Shown here piece after piece: positions 58,301 to 64,000 of a DNA stretch of 64,000 bases. Where the stretch lies: the NCBI RefSeq assembly GCF_964204645.1, contig NC_134026.1, forward strand, positions 27,996,150-28,060,149, in the 5' to 3' direction. The notes under the pieces are model-generated. The model was not told where the DNA came from. It saw only the letters and a list, made by a program, of their open reading frames with translations, and ran no database searches. Both the position numbers and the translations under genes were made by a program. Origin of the DNA: Tubulanus polymorphus (Eukaryota; Animalia; Nemertea). The first letter of the stretch is position 1; the number at the start of each line of letters is the position of its first letter.

Positions 58301-59649
58301 TATCTTATTGAGAACTGATATTGTGTTTTTCGAAGCGGGAGGTCCATTGTTCTATCCTAAAGTTGTATCTTGTAGGTGCTGGTCTTGCTTTTATCGTATA
58401 CCCAGATGCAGTAACAAGAATGCCAATATCTCCGTTGTGGGCTGTTCTTTTTTTCGTCATGTTGTTGACCCTGGGACTGGACAGTCAGGTAACCTATCAA
58501 TTGTTTCATACATATCGGAACATTATTTCACTTCGAAACGTATGTAGTAATGATCATGTTTTTTTTTCAATGATGAATCAATAGTTCACACTATGTGAGA
58601 CTGTGGTCACTGCCCTTCTCGATAGATTTCCGTCGTTGAGGAAGCGAAAGATTTTTGTCATTCTGACGTTGTGTATTGTCTTCTTTGCTATTGGTATTCT
58701 TCTCACAACACCGGTAAGGACATAATTTCGCATCAAAATCTACCTTTTTATTCTTTGAAGGTACATGAAAAAATGTTTTTCAATTATCTGATTTTAGGGA
58801 GGAATGTACCTTTTGCAATTGATGGATACCTACGCTGGTGGTTGGTCTGTACTTTTAATCGGCTTCTGTGAATGTATTGCCCTGATGTGGGTTTATGGTA
58901 ATTGATTGTTGATTTTTCTATTCGAAATTTCTTAATTCATTGTCTTATGTTCAGTGGAAAGGTCACATAAACGTTTTTTCATAAAGTACTTGTATTGACA
59001 GTTATCATTTTGTTTGTTCCAGGCTGGGAGAGATTCGCTAGTGATATTAAATGCATGACTGGATCCAGGCCGTCACTTTGGTGGCGTATGTGCTGGCAGT
59101 TCCTGACGCCCGCTATCATCCTGGTACAGTCCCAAAAATATATTAGTTTATCTTAGTCTTAATGTACTTCTTATAACAATACATTTGTTTTTTTTCAGTT
59201 TGTGCTATTCTTCTCGTGGATTGATTATTCACCAGCTCGTTACGGTGAATATTACTTCCCGATATGGGCTGACGCTATAGGTTGGGTGATGTCTGTGTCG
59301 GTCATTATTGCTATCCCACTTGTTATGCTCTATGCCCTATGTAAGTACCGAGGAATAAGAAATGCTACTACACCAACTGTAGAGTGGGGACCTGCCTTAG
59401 AGAAACATCGAAGACTAGTGACCTATGTACCAGGTTTTGTCTATAACCCTACTGATAATCCTAGCGAATGGCGATCTGCACCAAGTTTGAACAATCAATC
59501 AAAGGTTAGTATTTCTATGCAGAACTCAAATTCAATAAATCTAATGTAGAATTTCGAATTGACATTGACATATACATTTTCCATTGCTTGTATTTCAGGT
59601 TGGTAAAGAAAATCCTGCATATGATGCGACAGAAGTCACGGAAGATTAG
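55321..59649 (+). CDS. SLC6 Na+/Cl- dependent glycine transporter-like (GlyT2/SLC6A5-like; tandem copy 2)
   Basis: [11 protein letters not shown] exon at 55321 with a TATA-like run at about 55237. [37 protein letters not shown] (GlyT2-like Trp), TLGLDSQF. Ends [16 protein letters not shown]. Confidence 0.92.
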
Positions 59650-59894
59650 AACACTTTCTTCTACCAGAAGAAGGACATTCCTTTAAAAGCATATAACATA
59701 AAACCATGTGAATAGTATATCCAGTATTATATATTGTAAATCATTATTCAATTCTATGATAAATTAGATACAAATTAACAACACGAATGTAGATGAGAGG
59801 TTTATAGTTTTTATACGCTTATGATGAAATGAAATGTATTTTATTCGATATAAATATATCAATAAAAGCTGTTTACAGAAGGATGATATTGTTA

Positions 59895-62800
59895 TTAGTA
59901 TTCAGATAGACTTTCTGTATAGTTCCTGTTTACGAAACTCATAACTCCAATTGTCGATGACTTCGATGCTCTCTTCATTCGAAAAACAAGAACTACAACC
60001 AAAACTCCTAGAAGAAATCCAACCACAGATGTTCCCACAGCAATTCCTATTAGAAACTCTGAAGAGAAAGATAATACATTTTACAAGTTGAAATATAGCA
60101 ATGATATAGCAATTATCATAATGTGGCGCTACTGCGAAATCTACCATAATTACCTATAGAGAAGGAATCCGTTTGTTTCACTGCATCTTGACGTCGCATA
60201 AACATGTCACATGCTGTGTTTTTCTGAATATTATCTGAAGAACTAAAGTCTGGTCTACCTTCGCTTAATATACACGTGGCTCTACTAGAGCAATATGTAA
60301 TTGTCTGACAGTTAAACGAATCTTCCATAATACAGACTGCCGCACATTTTTCACTAGAAGAAATTACTTCTGTTTTAGATTTGCCCGTTGTCCAAAAAAT
60401 TGAACCAGCATGTTGCTCAAATTTCGACATAACACCTTTACCTAAAACGTAGATTAATAGGAATCATGTATCTCTCTGTTAATAACGATTCACCGAAATA
60501 GAAGACAATTGATTTAGAAATAGATGATGGTTGAAACACAAACCCTGATTTGATAGTTCGGTATCTCTATTGATGTTGTATTTTACGCTTGTAGCTCTGA
60601 ATTCTCTGTCCTTTTAAGTGACAAAAAAGAAGTTATGGAAATTTATCAATTAAGCAGCTGAGGATATTCAAATGGACTGAAATTCAATCTTTACTCACGT
60701 ACCGCCATAGACTCAACAGTCACGACAAACCCATCGTCAGAATTAACTGACAGCACGATTTCATTCATTGCTTCCGATAATTCCATCTCAGGAAATAAAC
60801 CGTCATTTACATGAACAGGTCCTGCGGAACATAGTTAGATAGATATACATACACGCATTTGTGAGATTATTTAACTCCGTTTCCTTTTCAGTCTGGAGTG
60901 TTTAGATTGAATATTCGCAAAAGATTTCGAAACTTTTCATGAAAATACGTACTCCATCCGGATATGCAGGAGTCATGCAACTCCTCTGACTGTTGGCCAT
61001 CATGGCGCTTGCTCATATAACATGTTTTCTCATTCGGACAGAAATCATAAGATTGACAATATCCGGAATCTACGCAAATATCCGCGCAGGCGTCACTGGA
61101 ATTCACGTGTTCTAGTATATCGTCTTGTCCAACGTGACCATTCAATTTCATATCCTTTTTAAATTGAGCTGTAAAAGATGAGATTAAAATTCTCGAATCG
61201 CAGGGCATGATGTTTTTGAGACAGGCCAAGAACAAAAGAGAAACTTAATTTTGCTACTTGAAACTGGATACTTTTTCATGCAATCTTCTTAATTATTTCA
61301 CTGATATGTAGAATTAAGGATATATATTCATATTTCGATACTTTTTGATTTGGTCGCTTGCTTTAAAGACCATACTTTTTTCAAATCTGGATAGGAATAT
61401 CATCATTATTATAAGTAGATCCAGTAGATTAAAGCTTTTGTTTGGCTATCAATCGGCCGAGGACCATTTAAACTCCTCACCATGGGTTGGCGTTTTCGGA
61501 AGTAATATTGCTGTGACGTAAATCCGATCTAGCTTGTTTTCTCTCTTCCAATAATCAAATTGCAAGTTTTGAATTCTCAACGGTGAAATTCCAACACTTG
61601 TCAGTCTCTCCAATGTCGCTAACAAAAACCCTGTCTTATTATTCAACAGGTTTTCATTCAATTCTCCTGAAATATAGATTTCGATGTACACGGAATCAAT
61701 TATCATACAAAAATAGCTATTCGCCTAAATACGTTGGGAATCTGAAAAACCATTTCGTTTTTGATAATACTGAAGTTTTCCTGAATGATGTTTGTCGTTG
61801 GCTATTCCTTGATATTGAAATAGAATGAAAAAATCTTGAAAAAGAATTTATCTAAAGAACACGATTATCTAAAAAAGTGCCTACAAGGTGACTACGGACA
61901 ACGGTCTAGGACGCCCTTGCGTGGATTCGATCTGGGAAGATCTGGTCGCAGATGCGAGCTCCGACCCATTCTGCCACGCTAGCAGGACGTATAACGGTGT
62001 GCTTCACCGAAGCTCCTGAATGAACGAAATATATGGTGACGTCATCCATATCATGAATAGCAAGAAAGGGCTAGACAATAAAAAATCTTTGCCTTTGAAA
62101 TTCCAGAACGCTTAGTGATTGATTTCCAAAAAAACCTAAATACTGAAATGCTATTCGAATATAGGCCTACTAGTATACGTGCATATACATTTTCCTTTGA
62201 GTTTAACAGACTTCCTCCACCTTCACAAAGATTCCCCACGAAACAACATGCATGTAGGTCCCCCAACTTCTGTCAGATGATATCTAGCCCAGTCTGATGC
62301 AGTAATCTACCTTCAAAAGTTAATTCTACGTGTTGGCCTTGGCTGGGGAAACAAGGTACTATATCAAATAGACCTAAAAATTCTTCGTTCAGCTGAAGAT
62401 CGTAGTTGAAGTCATAGAAATTATAAACATCTTCTTTCAGAGGCTGAAAAGAAAACAATCGTTTGAATCTGAGAATAAGAACTGTTTCTTTTGAATACGA
62501 GGTTTCGCTCGACTTACCTCAGAATCAGCAATACCATCAATTGTCAGACGTAACTGAACAGGAATAGCTTTCGTTTTATCGACCCCCGTATTCTGAAACT
62601 CTGTCCATTCAGTCTATGAAAGATATCATCGGTAATCTAGAGATATCAAGACGTATGCAATATCCAATATAAAAAGTAGACGTCTTGACATACGCATACT
62701 TACATCTAGAAAAAATACTTCAAACTTTGCGTTGAATAATGAACCAAGAAGACTAAAATCATTTCTGTGTCCAGTGAACACATCGACTTTTACACCACGA

Positions 62801-64000
62801 ACAATGTCCTTTAAAGTATTTTCATATTCGTGAATGATTTCATATAGTATTTATTCGAGTGGTGTTACTTTTATGTATTTCATTTCACTCATAGAATGAA
62901 CAAAACTTTTACCTTTCCCCGATATGCGTATGTAGTGTTATCCAAGTAGAAAAGAGCTAAAGGACTTTTCATTCGATACAATTTAGCTGTATCATTAACT
63001 ACTGGACTCTGGGATTCGACCAAATCAAAGTGTGTGGCTGGAAGAGTGTCTATCTTACATTTACCAGTCGTTCGGTCTATCTTATAGGAAACACCTTTGA
63101 AATCAATTTTTGCATCTATCGTTATATTTTCCATGGCAAGTGGAATATACAAAAAAAACTCTATCTTGATCGCTTGCTTACCGACATTGAGGTCGTGGAT
63201 GGTTGTAATCAAATTTGAGTCAGACCCAGTTCCTCTTGAATCTGTTCGCAATAGTTTAGCATCGTTGTCATACCAAACCTATATCATTTTTCGAATACAA
63301 CTACAATTACGACTCAGTATGGGAATTTATTTTGCAGGGATTCACATTTATCACTTACATCACCGTATGAAACTGTTTTAGATTGTGCATCTATTATTTC
63401 CTCTCTGTACGAGTATTTGTTATGAAGTTGTGGTACAGGGACATGCGTCTCTCCCTCACATATTACGTCAGGAGGTACCTTAAAATATTGATGGAAACAT
63501 ATTCCCACTTTGTGTCTAGAAACTACATCTTCGAATGTATTCACAACTATATATCATGGTATGGATTTTTGGCAGCTAACATCGAAGGGTGTTGAGAAGT
63601 CTGCGTACACTTACCTCATAAATCATGTCGTTTTGTTTCGGATTCGTTTTGAACGATAAGTATTCATAGGTTTCTTGAAAATGTTGTGGTTTTCCATGTT
63701 TCATCACAATACCATTAACTTCGGCAGATATTGGTGCCATAACAGTTCGCTTTTGTCCCCAATACCATCCTGGCCCTAAAACCATGCTTTAGATCTTTTA
63801 ATCACATCGAGTGTATTTGCATCCTATAGATTATCATTACGCGAGACCTTTGCACATTTAAACTTACTGATGAAATAATAGTCAACAGTATAAATTGATT
63901 TTTTCTCCGGCGCATATAAACAAGCTTGCCACCTTTCTACTGGTATTCCTCTTTTTACGTCTTCACCAATATACCTCTGAAATGGCACCACCAGAAAGTG
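59895..64000 (-). CDS. Type-I membrane glycoprotein with LolA/ependymin-like repeats and PAN/apple domains (5'-partial)
   Basis: Spliced exons encode TTIHDLNVG..SYKIDRTTGKCKI, DVYNFYDFN..FDIVPCF, two PAN-like Cys patterns (CADICVDSGYCQSYDFC; CAAVCIMEDSFNCQTITYC), TM IGIAVGTSVVGFLLGVLVVVLVF and a short tail ending SLSEY-TAA at 59895. Confidence 0.75.
61912..61983 (-). mobile_element. tRNA-derived SINE head or tRNA pseudogene in an intron
   Basis: Minus strand GCTAGCG-TGGCAGAATGG (A-box) ... AGATCGAATCC (degenerate B-box) at tRNA-like spacing. GC-rich island with no intact cloverleaf. Confidence 0.45.

Overview
AT-rich animal genomic DNA, gene-dense, with mostly 80-90 nt GT-AG introns (invertebrate, probably lophotrochozoan; the organism is an inference). 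It holds 13 protein-coding genes: an EHD/dynamin-like GTPase with two C-terminal TM helices (5'-partial), USP30, a Munc13-4/BAIAP3-like gene, CTL1/SLC44A1, DOHH, CTU1, a CARD + APPBP2-like TPR protein, CLPP, a C2H2 zinc-finger gene, AGBL5/CCP5, two tandem GlyT-like SLC6 transporters, and a 5'-partial type-I membrane protein with PAN domains. There are also several MITEs, a Penelope-like fragment, a tRNA-like SINE head and microsatellites. Most interesting: (1) the APPBP2 paralog appears to have lost its ElonginBC/Cul2 recruitment box and gained an N-terminal CARD; (2) stand-alone TFIIIC B-box motifs (GGTTCGAATCCC) recur only near gene 5' ends; (3) a minimal hammerhead ribozyme lies in sense orientation in an AGBL5 intron; (4) the SLC6 duplicates differ in substrate-pocket residues and show reciprocal intron loss; (5) CTL1 has two alternative terminal exons. 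Homology calls rest on motifs recalled from memory, not database searches. Exon coordinates were read by hand.
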